DNA of 64,000 nucleotides, from the IMG/VR virus record IMGVR_UViG_3300010412_000002, positions 42,630 through 106,629 of that record. One strand, written 5' to 3'. The DNA comes from a virus. A model generated the notes under the pieces. That model was not told the DNA's origin. It saw only the letters and a list, made by a program, of their open reading frames with translations, and ran no database searches. Below, piece after piece: positions 9,591 through 19,279 of the stretch (positions are counted from its first letter, which is position 1; every line of letters begins with the position of its first letter). The position numbers and the translations under genes were made by a program.

Positions 9591-10724
9591 ATGTCGACTG
9601 AATATACACTTGAAGACGTTCTCGAGTTTTTAGAAGCTGAAGAGCAGTCTGGAGAATATACAGATCAGAATGTAGCAAAGTTCGAGAAAGAGAAAATCTC
9701 TACTCCTCCCAAAGTTGAATCAGAAGAAGAACCCGAAGAACTCGAAGAAACGGAAGAAACTGAAGAAGAACCAGAGGAACAGAAACCTGCTATAATAGAA
9801 GAACAAGAAGAAAGTTCTGAAGAAGACGAAATCACTGAAGGTGATATCCCCAACGCTTATTATAAGTTTCTCGTAGATAATAATGTTATTGTTGTTGACG
9901 AGAATTTCAAGTTTGATGGTAGTGCAGATGCCTTAGAAGAGGCTCTACTCAAGACACGTGAGAATCTAACCACTCAAGCTCTTACTTCTCTTTGGAACAG
10001 ACTATCTCCAGACTTTCAAGCTGCCCTCAAATATAACTTAGATGGAGGCAAAAGTTTCGAAGAATTTGCAAAAGTATATAGTAAAACCGATGATATTTCA
10101 GCCTATGATCTAAATAAACTAGATGATCAAAAAGCTATTGTCGAAAAGTACTATAAGCTAACTAGCAAATATAGCGATGAGCGTATCCAAAAATTCATTA
10201 ACCGCCTAATTGAAACGGAAGAACTATACGATGAAGCGGAAGATGCTCTTGAATACATTAAAGAACACCAAGTTGCTGAACGTAAGAAGCTCCTAGAAGA
10301 GACCGAGCAAAAGCGACTTGAGCAAGAGAAAGCTGTGGAAGAATGGCGTTCTGGAATTATCGGATTAATTAATGATTCTGAAATTCCTAAACCACGTCGT
10401 TCTAAAGTTCAAGCTTTCTTACTGAATCCAATTAAACGTGGAGAATCAGTTGGAACTGATTTTGAAAGAACTTTATCTGCTATCTTTCAAAACCCACAGC
10501 ATTACATTCAGCTAGCAGATATTTTATATAACTACGATGAAAAGAAAGGTCTCGATCTTTCTAGGTTCGTCGAGAAACAAAAAACTCAGGCCAGCTCTAA
10601 GTTTCAAAAAGAACTAGAGGAGGCACTTCGCACAGGCGGAAAAGCAAGAGGAGGTAGTCCCGAAGCACCGTCGAAGTCGCTGAAATTGGACTGGGAAAAT
10701 ATCCTAGAACAACTAGACAATTAA
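9591..10724 (+). CDS. Acidic scaffold-like protein (crAss gene between portal and MCP)
   Basis: Glu-rich disordered N-terminus, helical C-terminus, conserved position. Confidence 0.75.
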   Translation: MSTEYTLEDVLEFLEAEEQSGEYTDQNVAKFEKEKISTPPKVESEEEPEELEETEETEEEPEEQKPAIIEEQEESSEEDEITEGDIPNAYYKFLVDNNVIVVDENFKFDGSADALEEALLKTRENLTTQALTSLWNRLSPDFQAALKYNLDGGKSFEEFAKVYSKTDDISAYDLNKLDDQKAIVEKYYKLTSKYSDERIQKFINRLIETEELYDEAEDALEYIKEHQVAERKKLLEETEQKRLEQEKAVEEWRSGIIGLINDSEIPKPRRSKVQAFLLNPIKRGESVGTDFERTLSAIFQNPQHYIQLADILYNYDEKKGLDLSRFVEKQKTQASSKFQKELEEALRTGGKARGGSPEAPSKSLKLDWENILEQLDN

Positions 10725-10741
10725 TAAAATTTTAACTTAAC

Positions 10742-12214
10742 ATGGCAACTACTAGAAGTCAATTTATTATTAAGCATTACGATGGATTTGGTGGCAACTT
10801 TGTTGACTCCCAATATCTGGCTGCTTCTTACGAAACTGGCAAGCCGCACATGTTCAACAATACTCTGATGAAGATTTATTCTTCGCAGAATCGTTGGTTC
10901 ACTGGCAAGCCGCTGCTCGGTATGACGGGCGCAAAATCTTTCGGTAAAGTAACTATTGATACCGAAATTTTCCGTTGGAAACTGCAAGGTGCTGAAGAAA
11001 AAGTCGCCCGCGTTGTTGAGAACGTGGACGTCTCTAACACTACTCCAGGCCTGAATGGTGCTACTTTCCGTATCAAACTCGATCTTGATTACTATGCAGA
11101 ACCGGATGTACTCCTTCCGGAAGATAACGATTTCCCTTGTGAAATCATTGGTGATCCTATTCAAGATGGTACTGGTTATGTGTACGTTCTACGTCTGCAG
11201 GGTGATGATCCTACCTCTGTACTCCCCGCTTACCTCATGGAAGAAGGTCGTGAGTGGAGCAAAGGCTGGACCACGGTACAATCCGAATACAACAAGAAGT
11301 TTGGTACCCAACAGGTTCCTGCTTCCTTCATGCTCGAAAGCCAAGTTGGTGCCTTCGCTCAGAAGTTCACTGTAACTGATAAGGCTATGCGTGATGAAGG
11401 CCGTTTGGCAGTTGAATTCATGGTAACTGACCCCAAAACTGGCAAAGAAACCGTAGTTAAGCGTTTCATGCCTATGTTCGAAGCTAAGATGCACGATGAA
11501 CTCTATATGTCTATGGAGTATCAATTCCATCTTGGTCGCAAGCAAACTCGTCCTGGTCATGACGGTTACTGGAAGAAGACTGGTCCCGGTCTGCGTCAGC
11601 AACTTGCTGATTCTTGGATCGAGTACTATAATGGTCCCCTGACTGTTAACCGCCTGAAGGATTACTTGCTTTCTATTTTCTTCTCACGTGAGAATGAGCA
11701 GAATAGAAAAGTCACGGTTATGACTGGTACCCTTGGTTCCTTGATTTTCCATGACATGCTCGCTTCCGAAGCTTCTAGCTTCTTCACGGTTGATACTAAC
11801 TTCGTACAGCAGATTTCAAAGAATCCGCGTCACCTTTCCTTCGGTGCTCAATTTACGCACTACCAAGGTCCGGAAGGAATCGAAGTTACGTTGATCAAAA
11901 ATCCACTTTACGATTCTCGTAAATTCTGTAAGCGCATGCACCCGCTGTATCCGGAATTCCCAATTGATTCCGCACGCTTTACTTTCCTTGACTTTGGTAC
12001 TTCCGATGGTCGTAATAACATCTCGATGGTTGAAGTTGCTGATACCTATCGTTATGGTTACACCGTAGGTACTGTAGGCCCAATGGGTCCAGTTAAAGGT
12101 GGTCAGGCTGGTGCTCTTGTCGCTGGTTATGATATGTTCGTAGAAGGTACTGGTGGTATCTGGATGGTAGACATTACCCGTGGTGGTGAATTGATCTACG
12201 ACTACGAATATTAA
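10742..12214 (+). CDS. Major capsid protein
   Basis: Position, 490 aa, FRWKLQG, KTGPGLRQQL, VMTGTLG, FGAQFTHY.GPEG..VTL..NPLYD; codon bias typical of highly expressed genes. Confidence 0.92.
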   Translation: MATTRSQFIIKHYDGFGGNFVDSQYLAASYETGKPHMFNNTLMKIYSSQNRWFTGKPLLGMTGAKSFGKVTIDTEIFRWKLQGAEEKVARVVENVDVSNTTPGLNGATFRIKLDLDYYAEPDVLLPEDNDFPCEIIGDPIQDGTGYVYVLRLQGDDPTSVLPAYLMEEGREWSKGWTTVQSEYNKKFGTQQVPASFMLESQVGAFAQKFTVTDKAMRDEGRLAVEFMVTDPKTGKETVVKRFMPMFEAKMHDELYMSMEYQFHLGRKQTRPGHDGYWKKTGPGLRQQLADSWIEYYNGPLTVNRLKDYLLSIFFSRENEQNRKVTVMTGTLGSLIFHDMLASEASSFFTVDTNFVQQISKNPRHLSFGAQFTHYQGPEGIEVTLIKNPLYDSRKFCKRMHPLYPEFPIDSARFTFLDFGTSDGRNNISMVEVADTYRYGYTVGTVGPMGPVKGGQAGALVAGYDMFVEGTGGIWMVDITRGGELIYDYEY

Positions 12215-12240
12215 TCACATTTAAACTATATAATATAATT

Positions 12241-12260
12241 CTTCATTATTAATAATGAAG
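12241..12260. repeat. Perfect 20-bp palindrome CTTCATTATTAATAATGAAG downstream of the MCP gene
   Basis: Sequence equals its own reverse complement; lies in the 72-bp spacer after the MCP stop. Confidence 0.85.
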
Positions 12261-12286
12261 GACGTTAAAGCACTAAAAACGTAAAA

Positions 12287-13258
12287 ATGGGACGCAAAGT
12301 TTTTATTAAGTCAATTCCGCGCGAAACTGCGCTGAAGATAGAAGACTGGGTCAACGACTCATCTGGTATTAGAATGAAGAAAACCAAAGTAGGACGCACT
12401 CGCGACGCTATTATGGCTCTTTATAGTCCGAAAGTTGGGGGCCTAAAGAATGGGCTTAGTTATAAGCCTTGGATGGAAGAGGGTAAGCAGGTGAAGGACG
12501 CAAACGGGCAACCTCTCACGCTTCAAGATAAACTTGAAAAAAAGTGGGGATTGGAGCCCGGTACCCTCACCAACAGAAGTTGGAGAAGAGGGGAATCTAC
12601 ATCTGAAGACAAACTTACTTACTATCAGAAGACAACTTGGAAACTTAACGATGGTTCCACTGTACTAGATCTCGATAACATGGAAGATGAATTGGGATAC
12701 TACGTAGCACTGGACGACTCTAAAGTTGCCAACTCTGAGGCAGAATGGCGATCACATAAATGGCCAAAAGCTACTCATTATATTGCTTGGGAAAATGAAG
12801 CAGAAGAACTCAAGTTCTCTCGTACTTCTCAAAAATCTAAAGCATTCTCGCAATTGCATGATCCAGAGATGTCTTCTACTATGAAACGTAAGTTCATCTA
12901 CTTACTTGGAATCGCATCCGCAACAACCACCCTTACAGACGAACAAGTACACAACCTACTATTTGATTATATTGATGCTACGGCATTTACCCCCGGCTCG
13001 AACATCGAGAAGTTCCAAGAACTTTCTGGGATGCTCAAGTCCAAAGACGGTAGAGATCAGCTTGAAGCTCGTTTCCTATTGAAGCAAGCTCAAGATTATC
13101 GAATCATATATGAAAAAGCAGGTACGTACACATGGGTTCGTCCGGAAGGAACTCTTGAATTAGGTAATACTTTAAGCGAAGCTGTAGACTTTATCCTGAA
13201 TCCCAAAAAACAGGGTCTAGTTGAAGAACTCGAATCCGCAATCAAAGCTAAACAATAA
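12287..13258 (+). CDS. Conserved crAss virion protein downstream of MCP
   Basis: Synteny; LNDGSTVLDLDN and LGNTLSEAVDFILNPKK patterns. Confidence 0.7.
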   Translation: MGRKVFIKSIPRETALKIEDWVNDSSGIRMKKTKVGRTRDAIMALYSPKVGGLKNGLSYKPWMEEGKQVKDANGQPLTLQDKLEKKWGLEPGTLTNRSWRRGESTSEDKLTYYQKTTWKLNDGSTVLDLDNMEDELGYYVALDDSKVANSEAEWRSHKWPKATHYIAWENEAEELKFSRTSQKSKAFSQLHDPEMSSTMKRKFIYLLGIASATTTLTDEQVHNLLFDYIDATAFTPGSNIEKFQELSGMLKSKDGRDQLEARFLLKQAQDYRIIYEKAGTYTWVRPEGTLELGNTLSEAVDFILNPKKQGLVEELESAIKAKQ

Positions 13259-13260
13259 CG

Positions 13261-13986
13261 ATGATAATCACCGAAATGCACTACGACTTTGACGTGAAAA
13301 TTGATAAAGTAGCGTCATCGGGTAAGGCAAACTTTACACGGCCTGAAAAAGACTGGCTATTAAACCGTGGTACCGAGCTTTTCATTAAGCAAAAATATGG
13401 AATGAATAATCCGCATAGGACAGGTTTTGAAGGAAGTCAAAAACGAATTGATGATTTAAAATCACTCGTAATTAAATATCCTGAACAACCTGGAATCACT
13501 CCTACAGTGCATGATGAAAATACTTATGAAGTACCACTAAGCTCTTTGGTCTATCCCTATTGGTTCTTAGTCCGAGGTAGTGCTGAGGTAGTCTTTTCAG
13601 ATTGTGTTCAATCCGCTTCTCTGAAGTTTATACAGCATGATGATTTAAATTATGCTCTTAAAGATCCTTTCAATAAGTCTTCTCGTGAAGAAATCCTATT
13701 TAACTTCGGTAGATCCTCCCAGGATCCAAGTATAGATTCTATTTATCTATACCCTGGGGGGTTAACCTTAGGTAAAATTTATTTGGAATATATTAAGCAG
13801 CCAGCAAGACTAAACTATGGCGGCTACCAATATATTGATGGAGTTACATACGCCCAAACAAATAGTGATCTTCCAGAACATACACATAGTGAGATAGTCG
13901 ACTTAGCCGTGCAATTAGCTGCTGGCATTATAGAGGATCCTAACTACGTACAGTTGAAAACACAACAAGTGTTCACAAATGAATAA
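13261..13986 (+). CDS. Head-tail ring protein
   Basis: EKDWLLNR, GFEGSQKRIDDLKSL, YIKQPARL, DLPEHTHSEIVDLAV; synteny. Confidence 0.8.
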   Translation: MIITEMHYDFDVKIDKVASSGKANFTRPEKDWLLNRGTELFIKQKYGMNNPHRTGFEGSQKRIDDLKSLVIKYPEQPGITPTVHDENTYEVPLSSLVYPYWFLVRGSAEVVFSDCVQSASLKFIQHDDLNYALKDPFNKSSREEILFNFGRSSQDPSIDSIYLYPGGLTLGKIYLEYIKQPARLNYGGYQYIDGVTYAQTNSDLPEHTHSEIVDLAVQLAAGIIEDPNYVQLKTQQVFTNE

Positions 13987-14005
13987 TTATTTTAAATTCT
14001 AAAAT

Positions 14006-15394
14006 ATGTCTTTATTTACGCAAAACAATAAGCGTGCAAACGAGACTTTTTTGGTAGCCGGAGTCTCTACGACGACCGTGCCTAACCTTGGTACTGCTCT
14101 AGTTAATTCCTCTACTGGCGCCGTTAATCTTAGCGATGGCCAGATTGGTTTCTTTGCTGCTTATCCGATGGATGGTGGTTCTATTTTGAATCTTAATACC
14201 GCCCTCAATCATACTACTACTTATAGTACGGTAGCCAACGCTCCTTGGATTCAAATTTTCCAAGGCACGGAGGATTCCGCAAACCCCGGCGCTTCTACCA
14301 AGAAGTATCCGCTTTTCCCGCGTCCGTACGAAGCTTCTAATGTAATTAAGGGTACGAACAATCTATCCGTAACCAAGCAAGCTCCCGTATCACCTACGAC
14401 GAGCACCTGGGTTATGGGTTCCGCCCAAGGTAACCACAATTCAATTACTGCTCTGGATAATACGGAGTATGGTATTGCTATTGCTTACCGTGGTCGCATG
14501 ATGGATGAACTTTACTCACCCGAAGCTTCCAACCATATTACGCACTATTACACTACTCCTAACTATACCGCTTTGTCTACAGCTCAGCCTACGGATCATC
14601 TCCTGCAGAATCTTGCATGGCAGATTAACCGCAACTCTAAGGCTGTTGCTGTTAACCGTACGAAGTACCGTGGTTCTGAGCCTGTTGTTGCTCTCCTCGT
14701 AGACTCCAACACTCCTTCTGCTGGTGTAGCTATTGGTGGTGGTTCTCCTATTGCTGCTGGTGATACTATTCCTGTGGTTACCACTAACTTTGGTACTCGC
14801 TCGATTATCCTCACCGCAGATCAAGCAGAGTCTATTAAGAATGCTATGATTGCCGCTACTGGCCAAGTTATTGCCTCTGTAGATGCTAACATTCTTAATA
14901 TTAATCTTGCTACTGCTGGTACTGCTACTGGCGGTGTTGCTGATACCCTTATCTTGTTGGCTTTAGATCGTGATCAAGCTTTCGAAGATCGTATTCCTCA
15001 AGTCAAAGTCCGTTTGGACGTAGCAACCGCTGCTGGATTTGATGTCGACACTACTTACCTCACGGAAGAGGAAGAAGCTAGTGAAGGCCAAGGTCAAGGT
15101 CGCTGGTTGGATCTGTGGTACAAAGCTACCCATGGTCAACGTAAGTACAGCCTCGATCACACTATGGATCCCGTAATCGAATTCGATTCTCCGATTGATG
15201 TTACGGATGCCTATTATCAGTATACGATCCTTCATGAGGACGTAAATCAAGTAGATACGCATAATGTAGTTGTTTCTCCGCTCAAGGAAATTCTTCTTGT
15301 TCCGGATGCTAACACCACTCTCGTAACTGCTATCGACAACGTATTTGGTGCTTGGGTAACCTCTGCCAATGGCGTTGGTATTGTATCTGTATAA
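14006..15394 (+). CDS. Abundant virion structural protein (auxiliary capsid protein-like)
   Basis: Synteny after the ring protein, EGQGQG motif, MCP-like codon bias, followed by a hairpin. Confidence 0.65.
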   Translation: MSLFTQNNKRANETFLVAGVSTTTVPNLGTALVNSSTGAVNLSDGQIGFFAAYPMDGGSILNLNTALNHTTTYSTVANAPWIQIFQGTEDSANPGASTKKYPLFPRPYEASNVIKGTNNLSVTKQAPVSPTTSTWVMGSAQGNHNSITALDNTEYGIAIAYRGRMMDELYSPEASNHITHYYTTPNYTALSTAQPTDHLLQNLAWQINRNSKAVAVNRTKYRGSEPVVALLVDSNTPSAGVAIGGGSPIAAGDTIPVVTTNFGTRSIILTADQAESIKNAMIAATGQVIASVDANILNINLATAGTATGGVADTLILLALDRDQAFEDRIPQVKVRLDVATAAGFDVDTTYLTEEEEASEGQGQGRWLDLWYKATHGQRKYSLDHTMDPVIEFDSPIDVTDAYYQYTILHEDVNQVDTHNVVVSPLKEILLVPDANTTLVTAIDNVFGAWVTSANGVGIVSV

Positions 15395-15408
15395 TCTAAT
15401 TATATAAG

Positions 15409-15445
15409 TAGGGAAGGGGGAGCAATCCCCCTGCTCTATTATTAA
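15409..15445 (+). terminator. Stem-loop with GCAA tetraloop, probable (leaky) terminator or RNA stabiliser
   Basis: TAGGGAAGGGGGA-GCAA-TCCCCCTGCTCTA followed by a weak TTATT tail, 14 nt after the stop. Confidence 0.65.
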
Positions 15446-15456
15446 ACGTAACAATC

Positions 15457-16143
15457 ATGGCTAAGGCTAAATTTTTTCTTAACGAAAATCGCAATACACA
15501 AATTGATCCTTCTACGGCTCTTCCTACTGACATTTATTTGCCTGCAAATAATGGTCGTGATGTAATCCGTCGGGAATCTACACAAGGTCGATTTTCTACT
15601 ACTGTCCCAAGCTATTCTGTTTCTCTTAACAGCTATCTTACTAATTGGTTAGCAGAGAACTTTGATGCTGGGGATATTGTCTATCCCTTTACAGGTAACT
15701 TTGAGGTAGCTTCCGATACTGCTGTTATTACATCTGCAGTTGGTGTAGGTGTGACTGCTACTGCAGGTGAAATTGATCTAACTTCTGCTGGAGGACCTAT
15801 TGACATTAATTCTGCTACTGCTATCACTCTGGATTCGGACGGCGCTACAACTATCACTGCTGCCACCAATCTAACTGCTGAAGCAACTGCAGGCAAACTT
15901 AATCTTGTTGCAGGTACTTTGGATGTAGATATTGACGCCAATACGGATGTAACTGTTAACGCCACTACTGGTGATATCATTCTTACATCTGGTGATGATA
16001 TTATCTTTACTCCAACTGCTAATCTCACGTTCACTCTTGCCGCTATTCCTACTTATGCAGACGATACTGCTGCAGGTGTTGGAGGATTGACCGCAGGTCA
16101 AGTTTACAAGCAGGCTACTGGAGAATTAATGATCAAACTTTAA
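15457..16143 (+). CDS. Head fibre/decoration-like protein A
   Basis: Thr/Ala/Gly-rich beta repeats (G.I.LTS); C-terminus IPTYADDTAAGVGGLTAGQVYKQATGELMIKL shared with the next gene. Confidence 0.6.
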   Translation: MAKAKFFLNENRNTQIDPSTALPTDIYLPANNGRDVIRRESTQGRFSTTVPSYSVSLNSYLTNWLAENFDAGDIVYPFTGNFEVASDTAVITSAVGVGVTATAGEIDLTSAGGPIDINSATAITLDSDGATTITAATNLTAEATAGKLNLVAGTLDVDIDANTDVTVNATTGDIILTSGDDIIFTPTANLTFTLAAIPTYADDTAAGVGGLTAGQVYKQATGELMIKL

Positions 16144-16153
16144 TTTCTAATCT

Positions 16154-16888
16154 ATGGAAACTCATCTTAAAAGAAACGATATGCCTACTAGGGCACAAAG
16201 ATTCGATGTAACCGTTCCGGCAGATATTTGGATTCCTAACCAGGATGAGTTCATTACTCCACCTTCTAGAAAGAATGTGGGATTTGGCGGATTTATTTCT
16301 ACCTCTCGTAAAGGTACTAAATTCTCTCTAAAGGAATTTGTCGCTAGTGTAGCCAATGCAACTATTAGCGCTGTTAACGGTCTTACGGAATCTTTAGGAA
16401 CAGTAAAACTAGGCGGTTCTCTTACCGAGAATACTACTATTACTGGTACTACGTATGACCTTGCAGTTACTACTTCGACTGGGGATATAACTTTCACGAC
16501 TACAAATTCTGCAGGAAGTATTGATCTTACTTCTGCTGGGGCTATTGATATTACTAGCAGCCAATCACTATTTGTAACTGCTCCAAGTAATCAAGCGACA
16601 TTTGGAGGTCACACTACTTTTATTTCAACATCTTCTCCTACTGGTCTAGACATTAATGTAACCGCAAATGACGGGGTACTCATTAGAGCTGAAGGAGTTG
16701 TAGGAAGTAATACAAATGTTGATATTGAATCTGCTGTAGGTGATATTACTCTCACTGCAGCTGGTAATATTAATATGGCTCTTGCTTGTATACCAACATA
16801 TGCAGATGATACTGCGGCAGGTGTAGGTGGACTTACTGCAGGAGAACTATATAAAACTGCCACTGGCTCTCTTCAAATTAAACTCTAA
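16154..16888 (+). CDS. Head fibre/decoration-like protein B (paralogue of A)
   Basis: NGLT...VKLGGSLTENTTI fibre motif; C-terminus IPTYADDTAAGVGGLTAGELYKTATGSLQIKL. Confidence 0.6.
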   Translation: METHLKRNDMPTRAQRFDVTVPADIWIPNQDEFITPPSRKNVGFGGFISTSRKGTKFSLKEFVASVANATISAVNGLTESLGTVKLGGSLTENTTITGTTYDLAVTTSTGDITFTTTNSAGSIDLTSAGAIDITSSQSLFVTAPSNQATFGGHTTFISTSSPTGLDINVTANDGVLIRAEGVVGSNTNVDIESAVGDITLTAAGNINMALACIPTYADDTAAGVGGLTAGELYKTATGSLQIKL

Positions 16889-16890
16889 TC

Positions 16891-17385
16891 ATGACTTTAA
16901 CTGTAAACTCCGATTGTACATCCTTACAGATAGTTTCTACTTTGATAGATGATTATATTGCTACACCTACTGTAGATTTAACATTATCCTTTGAAGACTG
17001 TGAAGGTACTACATACGAATATGATATTGTGGAGGGGACTGATGTTACTGCAGGTACTCCCAATTTTGCAACTATTACTCCTGCTCAGATTATTTCTGCT
17101 ACCGCCACAGAGTTTCCTGACGGAGTTTATCAGGTAACACTTACTGCGGATGATAGCGGCACAATTACTACTGAAGTACAATGCATGTTAGTAGATTGTG
17201 ACTTGGAATGTAGAGTATTCGATTTTCAAGCAGAGAATCTTACTTCTAGGGTTTCGCAGTATTACGAAGCACTTAAATTAGGAGAAACGTGTGATAACTG
17301 CTCCTGCACTGGGATGTGCTCTCTTTACAATAAAATACTTGATCTTTTAGCAAACAACACAGAAAATGATTGTGGATGTCAGTAA
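16891..17385 (+). CDS. Tail hub-like Cys-rich protein A
   Basis: PDGVYQVTL, Cys cluster, C-terminal DCGCQ; position of crAss tail-hub genes. Confidence 0.55.
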   Translation: MTLTVNSDCTSLQIVSTLIDDYIATPTVDLTLSFEDCEGTTYEYDIVEGTDVTAGTPNFATITPAQIISATATEFPDGVYQVTLTADDSGTITTEVQCMLVDCDLECRVFDFQAENLTSRVSQYYEALKLGETCDNCSCTGMCSLYNKILDLLANNTENDCGCQ

Positions 17386-17725
17386 TCTAGATTTAGCTGC
17401 ACTAAGGTGCTATGCATTCTTCAATGCTTCTCAAATTGCATTAGCAGAGGAGTATGGTATTGAATGTAATACAGAGTATTACGAAACTCAGATGCATAAG
17501 GCCTTAGCATACTTGTTTTTAGCAGAGAATTGTGCGGCTAATCTCACTGACGAGATCTTCTGTGCAATTCAAGAATTTATTGATGATGCATTATTTAGTG
17601 CATTATATGTTCGAAGAAACAGTGAAGATTGCGCTGAAGGAGCTTCTGATCCAGTTTGTATTTTAACAATCACCGATAATGTAACTTCTTGTACTGGAGG
17701 ATTATCAATAAACATATTGCAATGA
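17366..17725 (+). CDS. Tail hub-like Cys-rich protein B
   Basis: EEYGIEC motif, helical, paired with the upstream gene. Confidence 0.5.
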   Translation: MIVDVSNLDLAALRCYAFFNASQIALAEEYGIECNTEYYETQMHKALAYLFLAENCAANLTDEIFCAIQEFIDDALFSALYVRRNSEDCAEGASDPVCILTITDNVTSCTGGLSINILQ

Positions 17726-19269
17726 TAACGATAACAAAACATATTACATTAAATCCTGGTGTAGGTGAGACTGGCCCTTATAATTATACTTGGGGCGTTA
17801 CCTCATCTTCTTCTGGATGTGTTACGTTTTCTCCATCTACCACTGGAACTATTGCAAATCCTTCGTCTGGATCAATTATTACTGATATTAATTTTCTTAA
17901 TGGTACATGTATTGATGACAGTACTATTACTTTAACTATTAGTTATAATGGAGGTACTTGTAGTAAAGTATTTCCTATTACTATTGCAGATCCTTGCGAT
18001 GATTTAGATGTAGCAATTAGTGCTACTACAACAGATGCTTACCTATTTACTGCGGTAGCCTCTGGTGGGGAAGGCCCTTATACGTATACGTGGGGCTGGG
18101 ATGAAGACCTATTTACCCCTGCAGGAAGTTCTGGGAACTCACAAGTTCTTAAACTGACATACATCGGAGGATCAGTGCCTCCTGCACAATCAACTGTTTT
18201 CTTAACTGTTGCAGATCAAAATGGATGTAGCTTTACTACATCTCAAGATTTTGCAACTTGCTCTCTTTCTTTTGATCCAGTGAGCGTTATTCTAGAATGT
18301 CAACCTGACGGATCTCGTTCCGCAGTGGTATGTTTAGACCCACTAGGATGTGCTACATCCTTAGTAGATTGGACTACATTCCAAAGTAACAGCGCACTAA
18401 TGGATGTGACTTTACTTCCGCCAACTCTATTTGGACAAAATTTTGCTTGTTATGTAAATGGAGGAAGACGGGCGCGTATTACAATGGATGCTGATACTAA
18501 TCCTGGCAACAGTGGTTACAACACGTTCTACTGTTACGTACAAACTACAACAGGAGTAACTGCAAGTATTCAAGTTACGGCTACTTATCCAAGTTGTACT
18601 ATTCCGCCTGTTAATCCTATTAGCATTGCTGCTCAAGCTCCTTTCCAAATTGACTGTAGTTATACGCCTGGAAGTACGTACGAAATTGGCCCAATTACGG
18701 ATTTCATCACCACGTATAATGGTGGGCAGATTGACTTTACTTCATTTCAATTTATTCCACTCGATACTGGTATTCCGACTGCAGGACCTGTCACGACTAC
18801 ATTAAGTGGTAGCGCAGACTACAACAATGCTACCAAGATGATAGAGTATACAGTACCTGCGGCAACTGGCACGGATGCTTTTATGTGGACAATATGCGAT
18901 ACCGCAGGAAACTGCGCAGAATCTCAAATATATGCTATTGTTCTTGATTGCACTCTTAGTCCTACTGCTGTTAATGATTCCGAATGTGCCGTTTGTGGAG
19001 AAGCTATTGAGCACGATGTGTTGTCTAACGATACTGTTAATGGTGTTTTATACAATGTTTCCATTGCTTCTTCTCCTTCTCATGGCTCTGCTGTTTTTAA
19101 TGGCGACTTTGGGACTCCTCGTATTATTTACACTCCCAATGCTACTTACAGCGGTAGCGACTCATACGATTATACAGTATGGAATGACTCTGGTGAATCG
19201 GATACGGCGACTGTTACCGTAAACGTACTTTGTGCTGGAGCTGATTCTGAAATAGCTACTTGCGAATAA
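17722..19269 (+). CDS. Multi-Ig-like adhesin-type protein with SprB-like repeat and cadherin/Big_9-like domain
   Basis: ASGGEGPYTYTW...TVADQNGC (SprB-like); PTAVND...VLSND...PSHG...YTPNATYSGSDSYDYTV (Big_9-like); 20 Cys; ATG at 17722 forms ATGA with the upstream stop. Confidence 0.75.
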   Translation: MITITKHITLNPGVGETGPYNYTWGVTSSSSGCVTFSPSTTGTIANPSSGSIITDINFLNGTCIDDSTITLTISYNGGTCSKVFPITIADPCDDLDVAISATTTDAYLFTAVASGGEGPYTYTWGWDEDLFTPAGSSGNSQVLKLTYIGGSVPPAQSTVFLTVADQNGCSFTTSQDFATCSLSFDPVSVILECQPDGSRSAVVCLDPLGCATSLVDWTTFQSNSALMDVTLLPPTLFGQNFACYVNGGRRARITMDADTNPGNSGYNTFYCYVQTTTGVTASIQVTATYPSCTIPPVNPISIAAQAPFQIDCSYTPGSTYEIGPITDFITTYNGGQIDFTSFQFIPLDTGIPTAGPVTTTLSGSADYNNATKMIEYTVPAATGTDAFMWTICDTAGNCAESQIYAIVLDCTLSPTAVNDSECAVCGEAIEHDVLSNDTVNGVLYNVSIASSPSHGSAVFNGDFGTPRIIYTPNATYSGSDSYDYTVWNDSGESDTATVTVNVLCAGADSEIATCE

Positions 19270-19279
19270 ATAACTTGAT

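Noticed and set aside
9715-9840. GAA-rich tandem-like repeats
   Set aside because: Simply encode the Glu-rich region of the scaffold-like protein
4848-12214. Introns or inteins in TerL, portal or MCP, common in some crAss-like phages
   Set aside because: ORFs are uninterrupted and of ordinary size; no intein termini or homing endonuclease motifs recognised
14006-15394. Tail sheath annotation
   Set aside because: Tail genes are podovirus-type (P22 gp4/gp10-like); no tape measure or baseplate genes
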